Source of the DNA: Tepidisphaeraceae bacterium
GTDB taxonomy: Bacteria > Planctomycetota > Phycisphaerae > Tepidisphaerales > Tepidisphaeraceae
Length of the DNA stretch: 59,718 nt
Direction of reading: 5' to 3'
NCBI GenBank assembly: GCA_035648595.1
Contig: DASRLH010000059.1
Location: forward strand, 1 to 59,718
Part shown: one piece after another, positions 35,764 through 44,068 of the stretch
How the letters are laid out: the number at the start of each line of letters is the position of its first letter
Position numbering within the stretch: position 1 is the stretch's first letter
Position numbers and translations under genes: made by a program
Notes under the pieces: model-generated
What the model saw: the letters and a program-made list of their open reading frames with translations, nothing else
Told to the model about the DNA's origin: nothing
The model's database searches: none

Positions 35764-36228
35764 TCACCATCGTTCAACGGCGCGTCGCACATCGCTCGTT
35801 ACATCGCCCGCGCCGGGAAGCGCCGCGATTAGGTCGAATCTGATCTTCTTCTGCGGATCTACATGTCGCTGCATGAAATCGAAGACTGCCAAAAACGGCA
35901 CCACCGTCGCTTTCTTTACGCTAAAATCGGCATTGAAAATGATCGCGGCAAGAAAATCGCAGCTTCCGGCGGAACATGTGCTGAGATGAAGCCGTTCCTC
36001 AATGCGACCATCTGAAGGCAATTGCCGTGACTTTACCTGAACCCTTCCCAGGCGTGGAACAATCAGATCGTAACCCTTGCCGTTTCGGCCAACCCGTTTA
36101 CCGCCAAGTGCTGCCTCAAAGGCGTATTCGGCATAGTCGGCGAGCGTTTTGATCGAATATGGCTCTAGCTTCTGGAGCGCTGAGAAGTATTGGGCGAGTG
36201 CACCTCGGAGATCTGTATGATCACTCAT
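35764..36228 (-). CDS. PD-(D/E)xK nuclease-like small protein (154 aa), third gene of the operon
   Basis: E (AEYAFEAAL), D (GYDLIV) and QVK (GRVQVKSR) appear in the order and spacing of a restriction-endonuclease-like core. RBS ggagg lies 6 nt upstream. There is an ATGA overlap with the upstream gene. Confidence 0.5.
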   Translation of the reverse strand: MSDHTDLRGALAQYFSALQKLEPYSIKTLADYAEYAFEAALGGKRVGRNGKGYDLIVPRLGRVQVKSRQLPSDGRIEERLHLSTCSAGSCDFLAAIIFNADFSVKKATVVPFLAVFDFMQRHVDPQKKIRFDLIAALPGAGDVTSDVRRAVERW

Positions 36229-37085
36229 GTCAGACCTCCGATTCCGTGAGCGTGCTGGGAGCCTCCGCCGGTAACTCGCGAATAGTAGGCAAACCTTTGG
36301 TTGGAAATAGAGCTGCCATTTCGCACGATTTCAATGTCCCACCGCTTGCGATTGAACACGAGGTACAGTGCATCACCCGTTTTGGCCGCGGAGATGGCGC
36401 GATAAAGATCGATTGTCTTCACCACCGCGCCTCCCGCGCCGCGGACCCCGTGGCATGCCGCTGACACACCTCCGTTCAGGCGCAGCGATGTTCCGTCAAA
36501 TCCAATGACTATGGATTCGCGCTCTTGCCGGTTTTTTACCATTGCAAGCGTGCATATCGTGACCGCTTCGGCAAGGCCGTCCGCCTCCATGACGAGTGCA
36601 AAACGAATTCCGCACATTGCCGCCACAGCATCGTTCAGCGCCGGGGTGAGACGCCGAATTTCCGCACTCGCTCGCTCCAGCCTTTTGGCGATGCGCGAGC
36701 TTCTGCCCACCCAACGCTCATACCATTCGAGGATTTCCGTATCGCGCACGGGCCGGCCCAGCGCACGCTGTAGTTTCTCGGCTAACCGCCAGAGTGGTTC
36801 ACCGCGATGAACGCCGCGGTCGTCCAATTCCAACGCCACTGGCATTCCTCGCATTTTGAGCCGTTCGGCGCGGACAATGATCGACGACGGCTGGCCAGCG
36901 ACCGACAATGGCGAATGAAATTTGACCAATGACAGCGGGTTATCCGCCGGGGGTTCGCTCAGAGCTTTGCTCAGTACCTTGCTCCTTTGGCTCAGCGCAA
37001 GAAACCGCCGTCCAAGCGAGCGGAACATGCGGTCCTGTTTCTGGGACAATACGGCGGCGCAGTCAATATAATACCTATCGCTCAC
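36225..37085 (-). CDS. Hypothetical protein (about 286 aa), second gene of the operon
   Basis: The track ORF begins at 37217 and overlaps the upstream gene. GTG 37085 is preceded by aggaga 5 nt upstream, so it was taken as the start. No family recognised. Confidence 0.5.
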   Translation of the reverse strand: MSDRYYIDCAAVLSQKQDRMFRSLGRRFLALSQRSKVLSKALSEPPADNPLSLVKFHSPLSVAGQPSSIIVRAERLKMRGMPVALELDDRGVHRGEPLWRLAEKLQRALGRPVRDTEILEWYERWVGRSSRIAKRLERASAEIRRLTPALNDAVAAMCGIRFALVMEADGLAEAVTICTLAMVKNRQERESIVIGFDGTSLRLNGGVSAACHGVRGAGGAVVKTIDLYRAISAAKTGDALYLVFNRKRWDIEIVRNGSSISNQRFAYYSRVTGGGSQHAHGIGGLT

Positions 37086-37138
37086 AAATGTCTCCTGTTT
37101 AGGGGGGGAAGTCGTAACCAATTTCCGTATCGCGGCGA

Positions 37139-37795
37139 TTAGGCCGGGAGCCAAGTGCTTAACGCCTTCGCGTGTTCCTTGAACACGCCGGAGCTGACGT
37201 CGTATTTCCGCTGCCACGATCCTCGCTGGGCGCGTGGCCGCATGTGGCGCAGAAAGTCAACCAATCGGATGCCAACAATGTTGTATTCTTGGCCCGAATG
37301 CTCGAAGGGCTCGGGGCCGCCTGGGCGGGAAATTTTCATCACATATGCGAGAACAGACTCAAAGCGATTCCCCATACTGGCTGCCCAGTCAGCGGCGTCC
37401 TGCATCTGCGCGCCGTCCATGTAGGTGTGGGTGGTCGACGCCCAGCTTTCCTGTCGTTGGATTGTGGCGGATCGAATGCGCAGCAACATGGGCTTCGCAT
37501 TATCCCTGAGGGCGAATACGTCAAAGTACGGAATCTGCAGGCCGAAGGCGGCTCGGATTTCCCGAGCCGGATAGCACTTGACCCGTTTGGAATCAAAAAA
37601 AGCCTTTAAGACTGTAAACGCCTCGGCTTTACTCGACCGGTCCGTGCGCAAGGGATGTTCATGGCGATTCTCCTGATGGGGGAACAACTTTCGGCTGCGC
37701 AGGCGACCTCGCCCGTCGGAATCAGCAAATGTTGCTCCCCTATAAGCCGCCTCTTGTGCGTCATGGCAATTGCCGTTGTTGAAAAGGTTATTCAT
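37139..37795 (-). CDS. Hypothetical protein (about 218 aa), first gene of the operon; start uncertain
   Basis: The ORF is open from TTG 37867. The first ATG is 37795 (MNNLFNNGNCHD...). There is no clear RBS and no family was recognised. Confidence 0.4.
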   Translation of the reverse strand: MNNLFNNGNCHDAQEAAYRGATFADSDGRGRLRSRKLFPHQENRHEHPLRTDRSSKAEAFTVLKAFFDSKRVKCYPAREIRAAFGLQIPYFDVFALRDNAKPMLLRIRSATIQRQESWASTTHTYMDGAQMQDAADWAASMGNRFESVLAYVMKISRPGGPEPFEHSGQEYNIVGIRLVDFLRHMRPRAQRGSWQRKYDVSSGVFKEHAKALSTWLPA

Positions 37796-37833
37796 GAAGC
37801 TATAATTCGGATTTCCAACGGGCAACGACTGAC

Positions 37834-38265
37834 GTGAGGGACTGGGGCGTGGCGAACGCTGAAACAATTGAGCATCTTTCAGTCGGCGAACGACTGGCGC
37901 TTACGTACATGGTGCGCGCGAACAGGCTTAACGATCCAAATGTGCCGGCATCGTTCTTTGGTATTCCATCGCAAGATTTGCGGAAGCTGGAGGATGGCGA
38001 ACTCCTGAAAGTGCTTCACCGGGAGTTGTCTGGCTGCTTAGCGCGCTTCGCAAACACTGCCAGCCCGCGGAAGTTCACGCTGCCGCAAATATGGACGTTG
38101 ATTCTCGCAGCGAAGGTGCGAAACGTCAGCTACCGAGAACTGCTGCGCAAATTGGGCGAATCGGGTAATGCGAGAGCGGCGCTTGGCCTTCGGCGCTTGC
38201 CGGATCACTCCACATTGTCTTATGCACGTAAGCGCCCGCTAGAGTTGGTGGCCGGTAAAAAATAA
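37834..38265 (+). pseudogene. Transposase N-terminal fragment (IS5/IS1182-like DUF772-type region only)
   Basis: ...LILAAKVRNVSYRELLRKLGESGNARAALGLRRLPDHSTLSYARKR resembles the N-terminal DNA-binding region of IS5-group transposases. No DDE domain follows it. Confidence 0.45.
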
Positions 38266-38270
38266 GTCGG

Positions 38271-38348
38271 CTAGTGCATTGTCATGCTTCCAAATGCGGG
38301 TAAAACTCTAGTGATTTACCCCAAAATCATTGCGTGACAATGCACTAG
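38271..38348. repeat. 14-bp perfect inverted repeat (ctagtgcattgtca / tgacaatgcactag) with a 50-nt spacer
   Basis: The arms are at 38271-38284 and 38335-38348 (16/17 if extended). The repeat lies directly after the transposase fragment, so it may be an IS or MITE end remnant, or a hairpin. Confidence 0.7.
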
Positions 38349-38601
38349 GAGGATTGCAGGTGGGTACGCTTCAAAATGAAGGTGAAACCGGAACGCAGGG
38401 GACGCGGGGGTGGTTACCCTCGTCTCGCGGGAAGTAAAAACCCACGGGAAGCAGAAATCCGCCGCGTCCATTGCTCCCCTGAGCGGGATTAATGTCCGAT
38501 TATCCCCCGCCGATCCTGGCAGAGTATTTCGTTTCACTAGACGGCGATACTCACTGCGCTTAAGCGCAGTGAGAACTGCCATATCGGATTGCCGCTTTTA
38601 T

Positions 38602-38886
38602 TCAGCGATCCAGTAACGGGGCCGCCTTCAGCTCTCGGCGATTAACGTTCCACTGCGTGTACATTTCCCCGATCAACTCTGGACCCAGAATTTCCAACGA
38701 CTTTTTTTCGGCGTTCCATTGCATGTTCGAATAATCCTCTTTGCCGATCATCCGCCCTAGGCAATCCTCAACCCATAGAATGAGGTCAATCTGCCAGTCC
38801 GCGAAGTCCTCTAAAGCTCGCGCCATACACTCGTCCTTTCCACGCACCACCATCCCCCTTTGACGATCCAAGTTTAATGCGACCAT
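38602..38886 (-). CDS. Hypothetical small protein (74-94 aa)
   Basis: The composition is protein-like (MARALEDFADWQIDLILWVEDCLGRMIGKEDYSNMQWNAEKK...). The internal ATG 38826 has ggaaagga 7 nt upstream. Confidence 0.3.
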   Translation of the reverse strand: MVALNLDRQRGMVVRGKDECMARALEDFADWQIDLILWVEDCLGRMIGKEDYSNMQWNAEKKSLEILGPELIGEMYTQWNVNRRELKAAPLLDR

Positions 38887-39326
38887 CCAGTGAACATCAG
38901 GGGCGCACGTCAGATTTGAAAATTTCGACCCTGCATTATCCGTCCTCCATCTCGATCCCCGCCGCCCCCTCCGGCAGGCAAGCCCTGCAATACGTCATCT
39001 GGTGCATCGCCATCGTTGCATCGGGACCAGGGGACGACATATGGCTCAGTCCGCTGCCCCATGTCTCCCTGATCCATTTCAATGGGGCACTCGGCCAAAA
39101 ATGTCCAAATCTTGCTACTCGCAACCCTGAAAAAAGGTTACAAATGGTCCTACGGCATTGCAGCGACCGCCTTGGCGGGGCGAAAAGGGGGCGGGGGCGC
39201 GGCGTTTCGCTAGGTCGGCGGCCGTGAACTGCAGCGGCGGAAGGAGTGGGCCGGCGGCATATGGGGCGCGAATTTACTCTCCGTTTGATTGCGAACGCCA
39301 AAATTTGATGTACATTGGTTTTGGCT

Positions 39327-40028
39327 ATGGGCATTCAAAAATACATTGTGGCAAGCGTTGTTGGAATAGGCATCTGCCTTTTATCGGCGTCCGTATGCCA
39401 GGCGGATGTGCTTTATCAATCGGCCACATCCTCCAGTTCAACGAATAGCGGTGTAGCGATTGGCGGGGGTAATGCCGCGGCCGGGATACAAAGTCAATAT
39501 GTGGGGGTGCGATTTGAGGTTTTGGATCCCGTGATTGTTGACGCGGTGGGCGGGAATTTTTCGATGGATGCCATTCAGCAGTCGCCGGCGGGGTTATTTG
39601 CCGAGCTGGTCAGTCTCGGGTCGGCGACCGATTTCCCAAGTGCTACTGACGGTGCCTCAACGGATACCGACGCCATCGCCTTCACGACATTTACTGTCAG
39701 CAACAGTGTGGCGTCGGATATTACGCTTCCCATTTTGCCGCGCGAATTGATGCCCGGCTGGTATGCCCTGACGTTCGGCCCGCAATCGTCAAGCAGCAGC
39801 TTGCGAGCCACGGCCTCCTCAAGCAACATGGACGTCGACACGCCGTCTTTTATTACCCGCCACGCGGGCACTAGCTGGTACAACGATTCCCCTGGCCTGA
39901 ACGAACGCTTCTACATCATCGCCGCTCCGCTGCCCGGCGTTGCGGGATCGGCGGTAGTGTTCTTGGCGGTGATGGGTACCGCTCGAATCGCGCGCCAAAG
40001 GTTCACAGGCGCGACGCCCTCAAACTGA
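39327..40028 (+). CDS. Secreted protein with a PEP-CTERM-like C-terminal anchor
   Basis: Signal peptide (IVASVVGIGICLLSASVCQA). The C-terminus is PLPGVAGSAVVFLAVMGTARIARQR: a hydrophobic helix plus a basic tail. Confidence 0.55.
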   Translation: MGIQKYIVASVVGIGICLLSASVCQADVLYQSATSSSSTNSGVAIGGGNAAAGIQSQYVGVRFEVLDPVIVDAVGGNFSMDAIQQSPAGLFAELVSLGSATDFPSATDGASTDTDAIAFTTFTVSNSVASDITLPILPRELMPGWYALTFGPQSSSSSLRATASSSNMDVDTPSFITRHAGTSWYNDSPGLNERFYIIAAPLPGVAGSAVVFLAVMGTARIARQRFTGATPSN

Positions 40029-40079
40029 ACCCCGGCGGTCAGTGGCACGCCATGTAAACACGGACTTCCAGCCGCAACT

Positions 40080-41048
40080 TTAATTCGTGGCGAAATCATG
40101 TTTCGCCAGCCACCGCGCGGCATCCGCGGGCCAGGTTTTCAACTCCGGGTCCTGGCCGCCCAAACCAAAGCCGTGCGGGCCGTGCTCGAAGAGATGTAGT
40201 TCGCAGGGCACGTTGTGCTTACGGCAGGCCAGCGCGAAGTCGATGCTGTTTTGCACGGGCACGGTTTTATCGTCCATGCCGTGGACTAGAAAGCACGGCG
40301 GGGTGTCGGGGGTCACCTGCTTCTCGTTACTCAGCAGTTCAATCAACTTTGGGTCTGGATGTTTGCCCAGCAGATTGTCGCGCGAGCCGCCGTGAGTGTA
40401 GGGGTCGGACATGGTGATGACCGGATAGACCAGAATCGCCAGGTCGGGCCGGCTGCTTTGCCGCTCAATGGGGTCTTTGTCATTCGCGTTGCCCGCATCA
40501 AAATGCGTGGCGGCGGTTGAGGCCAGATGCCCGCCGGCCGAAAACCCCAGCACGCCCACGCGCTTTGGATCGACGCCCCAGGCTTTGCCGTTTGAGCGCA
40601 CCGTTCGGATGGCGCGCTGCACGTCGCCGAGTTCGATGGGATGGCGATAGCCGTGCGAGCCCAGGCGATATTTCAACACCGCGCCGGTGATGCCGAGAGT
40701 GTTGAGCCACTTGGCGACATCGACGCCTTCGTAGCTCATGGCCAGCCCGCCATATCCTCCGCCGGGGCAGACCACGATCGCCGCCCCGTTGGCGTTGCCA
40801 TCTGGCGCGGGAAAGACGGTGAGGGTAGGGATATCGTTGTCGGTTGCGCCCTTAGCGCCGGGCGCGTCGCCGGGCCACAGCCGGATGGTTTGCCGCACCG
40901 GGGCGGCGGTGGTCGGTGTTGGGTTTGGAGCCGGAATCGCGGGGGCGCCGACAGCGCGCGAAAGGGAGGTGAGATAGGCTGCCGTGATGGCAGTAAGAAC
41001 AGCATATCGAAGCCAGGAGTTGGTGTTCATTGTCGCCATCGTATTCAC
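40080..41048 (-). CDS. Alpha/beta hydrolase (esterase/lipase-type, secreted)
   Basis: Signal peptide, an oxyanion-hole-like VVCPGGGYGG, the nucleophile elbow GFSAGGH, and a C-terminal HGPHGFG. Confidence 0.8.
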   Translation of the reverse strand: MNTMATMNTNSWLRYAVLTAITAAYLTSLSRAVGAPAIPAPNPTPTTAAPVRQTIRLWPGDAPGAKGATDNDIPTLTVFPAPDGNANGAAIVVCPGGGYGGLAMSYEGVDVAKWLNTLGITGAVLKYRLGSHGYRHPIELGDVQRAIRTVRSNGKAWGVDPKRVGVLGFSAGGHLASTAATHFDAGNANDKDPIERQSSRPDLAILVYPVITMSDPYTHGGSRDNLLGKHPDPKLIELLSNEKQVTPDTPPCFLVHGMDDKTVPVQNSIDFALACRKHNVPCELHLFEHGPHGFGLGGQDPELKTWPADAARWLAKHDFATN

Positions 41049-41080
41049 AATACCTTGACTCCGAGACTTTCAAGCCGCAG

Positions 41081-41107
41081 GCACGGGCGGGACGCCCGTG
41101 TCACAAT
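41081..41107. repeat. REP-A single copy
   Basis: gcacgggcgggacgcccgtgtcacaat, located between the esterase start and the xylose isomerase stop. Confidence 0.75.
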
Positions 41108-41152
41108 AAGACCAATTGCCGCCCGCGATCGAGACGGGAAGAAACCTCCGAA

Positions 41153-42208
41153 TCACGCGGACTTCCCCATCAGATTCCTGACCATGAATCGTTCCAAGCC
41201 CTCGTAATCGCGCGCCTCGACATATTCCTGCCAAATCTTGCGGTCTATGGAATGCGCCAGGTCCACGAGATCGAGGAAAATTTCCTTCGAGTGCTTGAGA
41301 TGCAGGAACGACTTGCCGGCGGGTTGGGTGCGCATGGCTTTTACATCAAGCCCGATCACTTCGCCATTTTTCCCGTAGCCGTGGCGGACGAGGGTATCGA
41401 CCTGGTTGAACGCCCGGCGGAGATCGACCGATCCGAACGTCTTGTCCTGATCGTATTTCAAGCCGTTCTGATCATTGAGATGCACGCCCCAGAGCTTTTT
41501 GTGGAACAGGGCGTAGGCGAATTCATCGCTGGGATCGAGGCCGGCGAGGATCGCGTGGGCCGATTCGATCAGCACGCCCACCCGGCTCGGATCGCGCGAT
41601 TTATACGCCATCGCCAGGAAATGCCCGGTGGTCGGCAGATACATCAGGTCCATCGGCTCGTTGGGCTTCATCTCGCCGAGCAGGCGGATGTTCTTGTCGT
41701 ATTCGAGCATGGCGTCGATGAATTCGAGCATGCGCTCGAAGCTGGCGACGGCGTCCTTGCTCTCGCGCACGTACGTTCCCTCGCGCGCCGGCCACCAGAC
41801 AAAGCGGTCGGAGCCCAGGATGCGGCCCACGTCGATGGCGCGCTTGCCGCGCTCCGTGGCCCATTTGCGATCTGCGGCATTGTTGCTTGTGACGGGGCCG
41901 TCGATGCCGTGCGCATGTTCCCAATGTCGCGGCGCGAAGATCTCGGCCTTTAGGCCATGGTCATCCAGAAGCTTCTTGATTTCCCGGGCTTTTTTTTCGC
42001 GGTCGGATGCCGAGTATTCATCGGGCACCGCATCGTCATCGTGGAATTGGACGTACTCAAAGCCCAGGTCCTTGAAGGTCTTGAGCTTGTCGATAAGCGC
42101 CCGCTCTGGCCGGACGGGCGGACCAAACGGATCGGCCCCGGCATGCAGATTCCAGGGCCCCACCGAAAACTTGAAATCCTTCTTCGTACTCCACTGCTGA
42201 TTCGACAT
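41153..42208 (-). CDS. xylA: Xylose isomerase (class I-like TIM barrel)
   Basis: FKFSVGPWNL..ADPFG, VQFHDDD, EMKPNEP, ESAHAILAGL and HLNDQNGLKYDQDKTFG align with the catalytic and metal-binding motifs of actinobacterial class I XylA, recalled from memory. Confidence 0.7.
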   Translation of the reverse strand: MSNQQWSTKKDFKFSVGPWNLHAGADPFGPPVRPERALIDKLKTFKDLGFEYVQFHDDDAVPDEYSASDREKKAREIKKLLDDHGLKAEIFAPRHWEHAHGIDGPVTSNNAADRKWATERGKRAIDVGRILGSDRFVWWPAREGTYVRESKDAVASFERMLEFIDAMLEYDKNIRLLGEMKPNEPMDLMYLPTTGHFLAMAYKSRDPSRVGVLIESAHAILAGLDPSDEFAYALFHKKLWGVHLNDQNGLKYDQDKTFGSVDLRRAFNQVDTLVRHGYGKNGEVIGLDVKAMRTQPAGKSFLHLKHSKEIFLDLVDLAHSIDRKIWQEYVEARDYEGLERFMVRNLMGKSA

Positions 42209-42232
42209 GTCAATGCTCTCCCACGACCCAAA

Positions 42233-42377
42233 GATTCACCACGGAGACACAGAGGCACGGAGGCGCTCTCGACGTTCCGAACCCTTTTTCAATTCAACCG
42301 AAAAAATGCAATTGCTTGTTTGCAAAGAGGCGCGAGAAGTCGAATGCGCCTCCGTGCCTCGGTGTCTCCGTGGTTTC
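42233..42377. repeat. Inverted low-complexity repeat pair (caccacggagac family)
   Basis: Arm 42233-42266 is gattcaccacggagacacagaggcacggaggcgc. Arm 42346-42377 is gcgcctccgtgcctcggtgtctccgtggtttc. Confidence 0.85.
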
Positions 42378-42399
42378 TTTCGTATTCTTGCCAAGTTGC

Positions 42400-43368
42400 T
42401 CACGCGCGCCGGCCGGCGGTGGTTTTGCCGATGAGCAGGCCGATGACGAACAGGACGGCGCACAGGCCAAATCCGAAGACCAGCACCATGTACCAATGGT
42501 CGCCCTCGGCGTTTCGGTTGAAATACTGGACGGCATCGGGCCAGGTGCCGGCGAGGGAAGCGAACAGCACATAGACGGCGAAGATCAGCACGCCCGCCGC
42601 GCCCAGGGCCATTGCGCCAAATGCCGGGGCCATGGGATCGGCGGCCTGCACGTAGACGGGGGCGGCGGCGGTGCGCGTGAAGCTGGACGGCTCTTCGAGT
42701 TCCATGCCGCCGGTGTCCACGGCTTCCATCTGCCCGCGCCCGCGCGACACGCCGGGCGACATTTCATCGAGCACCGCGCCCAGGCTGGTGTCGTCGGCGT
42801 CGCGGGTGAGATCGAGCAGGCCCGATCCCGAGCCAACACCTTCGAGGTTGATCTGCTCGCGCACGCCGCCGGTGATGGCGGTTTGGGCGGAAGGATCGAC
42901 GTGCTCGGAGTCTTCGCCGAACACGTTGATTCCGGCGCGGCTTCCGCTGGCGGTGCCGCTGAGGCCCGTCCCGCTAAGCGCGCCGGGCGCGGTTCGGGCG
43001 GGGGAGGGTACGCCGCCCATCGAGCCGCCGGAAAGTCCCAGGTCGGCGGCCAGGGCGGTGTCGTCCTTGGCCCGCATGCCGGTGCCGGTGCCCTGGCCGG
43101 GGTCGTCGGTGAGGGTGATGCTGGTGCCGCTGGCGCCGGTGGTATCGACCAGTCCAATGAGGCCACCGGAATCCGAAACGCCCAGATCGACCTGATCGGT
43201 GCCGGAGATTTCGCTCTTGAGCTGCTCGACCTGATCGGCCTTGAACATCAGCCGCGGCCCATCGCGGAATTCGCGCAGCCGTCCGTCGCGGGCATACTGC
43301 TTGATCTCATCCTCGCTCTTGCCCAGGGCGCCTTTGGCTTCCTCGAGCGTGTAGAACATTTTGGCCAT
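42400..43368 (-). CDS. Membrane protein with an N-terminal excisionase-type HTH domain
   Basis: The N-terminus is MFYTLEEAKGALGKSEDEIKQYARDGRLREFRDG. A Gly/Ser/Thr/Asp-rich linker follows, then two C-terminal TM helices. Confidence 0.6.
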   Translation of the reverse strand: MAKMFYTLEEAKGALGKSEDEIKQYARDGRLREFRDGPRLMFKADQVEQLKSEISGTDQVDLGVSDSGGLIGLVDTTGASGTSITLTDDPGQGTGTGMRAKDDTALAADLGLSGGSMGGVPSPARTAPGALSGTGLSGTASGSRAGINVFGEDSEHVDPSAQTAITGGVREQINLEGVGSGSGLLDLTRDADDTSLGAVLDEMSPGVSRGRGQMEAVDTGGMELEEPSSFTRTAAAPVYVQAADPMAPAFGAMALGAAGVLIFAVYVLFASLAGTWPDAVQYFNRNAEGDHWYMVLVFGFGLCAVLFVIGLLIGKTTAGRRA

Positions 43369-43389
43369 CGTGGGTCTCCTTGTTGTCCG

Positions 43390-43860
43390 TCAGTTGTCAG
43401 TTGTTGATTGTGCGTTGTTGGTTGTGGGCGGGGCGCGCAGGCCGCGGACTTTTGTTTTCTCTAATTCGATGAGCTGGCGGATTTCTTCGGGGTCGGGCGA
43501 GGTGTTGTAATTGCGCAATTGGTGATCGAAGCGGATATTTCGGGCGGCATACAGCTTGAGCTGATTGCCGCTGTACCCGTAGACACATAGCGTCTGATTA
43601 TCCAGGTCCAGAAGATAACACCCCCAGACATTGTTCAGCAATTCGCCGGGCATGATGTAGAGATGATCGTTACCCGCGACGCCTTGCATTCCGGAGTTGG
43701 CAGCCGGCCGCCCGGCGCGGTCGGGGGGCGGGCTGGCAGAGGCGAGCGGGAGCAGCGTCGGAGAACCATGCCCCAGCAACGCAAGCAATATCGCCAACAG
43801 CAACGCCGCGTTGGCGTAAAGGGCAAGAACCAGGCGGCGATTTCGGTGGGGTCGCTTCAT
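43390..43860 (-). CDS. Hypothetical exported/anchored protein (156 aa)
   Basis: The start was moved to ATG 43860 (MKRPHRNRRLVLALYANAALLLAILLALLG). The last ~12 codons run through a gtcagttg-family repeat. Confidence 0.5.
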   Translation of the reverse strand: MKRPHRNRRLVLALYANAALLLAILLALLGHGSPTLLPLASASPPPDRAGRPAANSGMQGVAGNDHLYIMPGELLNNVWGCYLLDLDNQTLCVYGYSGNQLKLYAARNIRFDHQLRNYNTSPDPEEIRQLIELEKTKVRGLRAPPTTNNAQSTTDN

Positions 43861-44068
43861 GGTTGAAGGCGGCAGACGCCGCGCAAGGCGTCGGATGATC
43901 CGACTATTCCACAAACCCGATTATAACGATCCATTCCTTCACTGCAACAATCAGCCCGTGAGGCACATGTTTCCGGCGGGCGCGGATTTCCGGGAAGGTG
44001 TAACCGTCGATAATCAACCGCGTCCATCGCTTGCGGCTTTCCCGCTGGGCTGATAATGAACGCCGCAA

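Noticed and set aside
38350-38600. Considered a retron msr/msd, a group II intron fragment or a TnpB/IscB guide RNA.
   Set aside because: No reverse transcriptase, intron-encoded protein or TnpB/IscB gene is nearby, and no diagnostic motifs were seen. Only generic hairpins are present.
38877-39334. ORFs of 116 aa (+), 132 aa (-) and 62 aa (-) between the small hypothetical gene and the PEP-CTERM-like gene.
   Set aside because: They overlap one another, are Arg/Pro-rich or lack any start context, and none has a recognisable motif. There is too little evidence to call any of them.
42316-43407. 363-aa plus-strand ORF opposite the HTH-membrane protein gene. Similar cases are 45099-46130, 44345-44995, 54102-54938, 57551-58342, 8134-9108 and 12077-13444.
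   Set aside because: All are antisense or out-of-frame to genes with recognisable domains or signal/TM features. None contains a recognisable motif.
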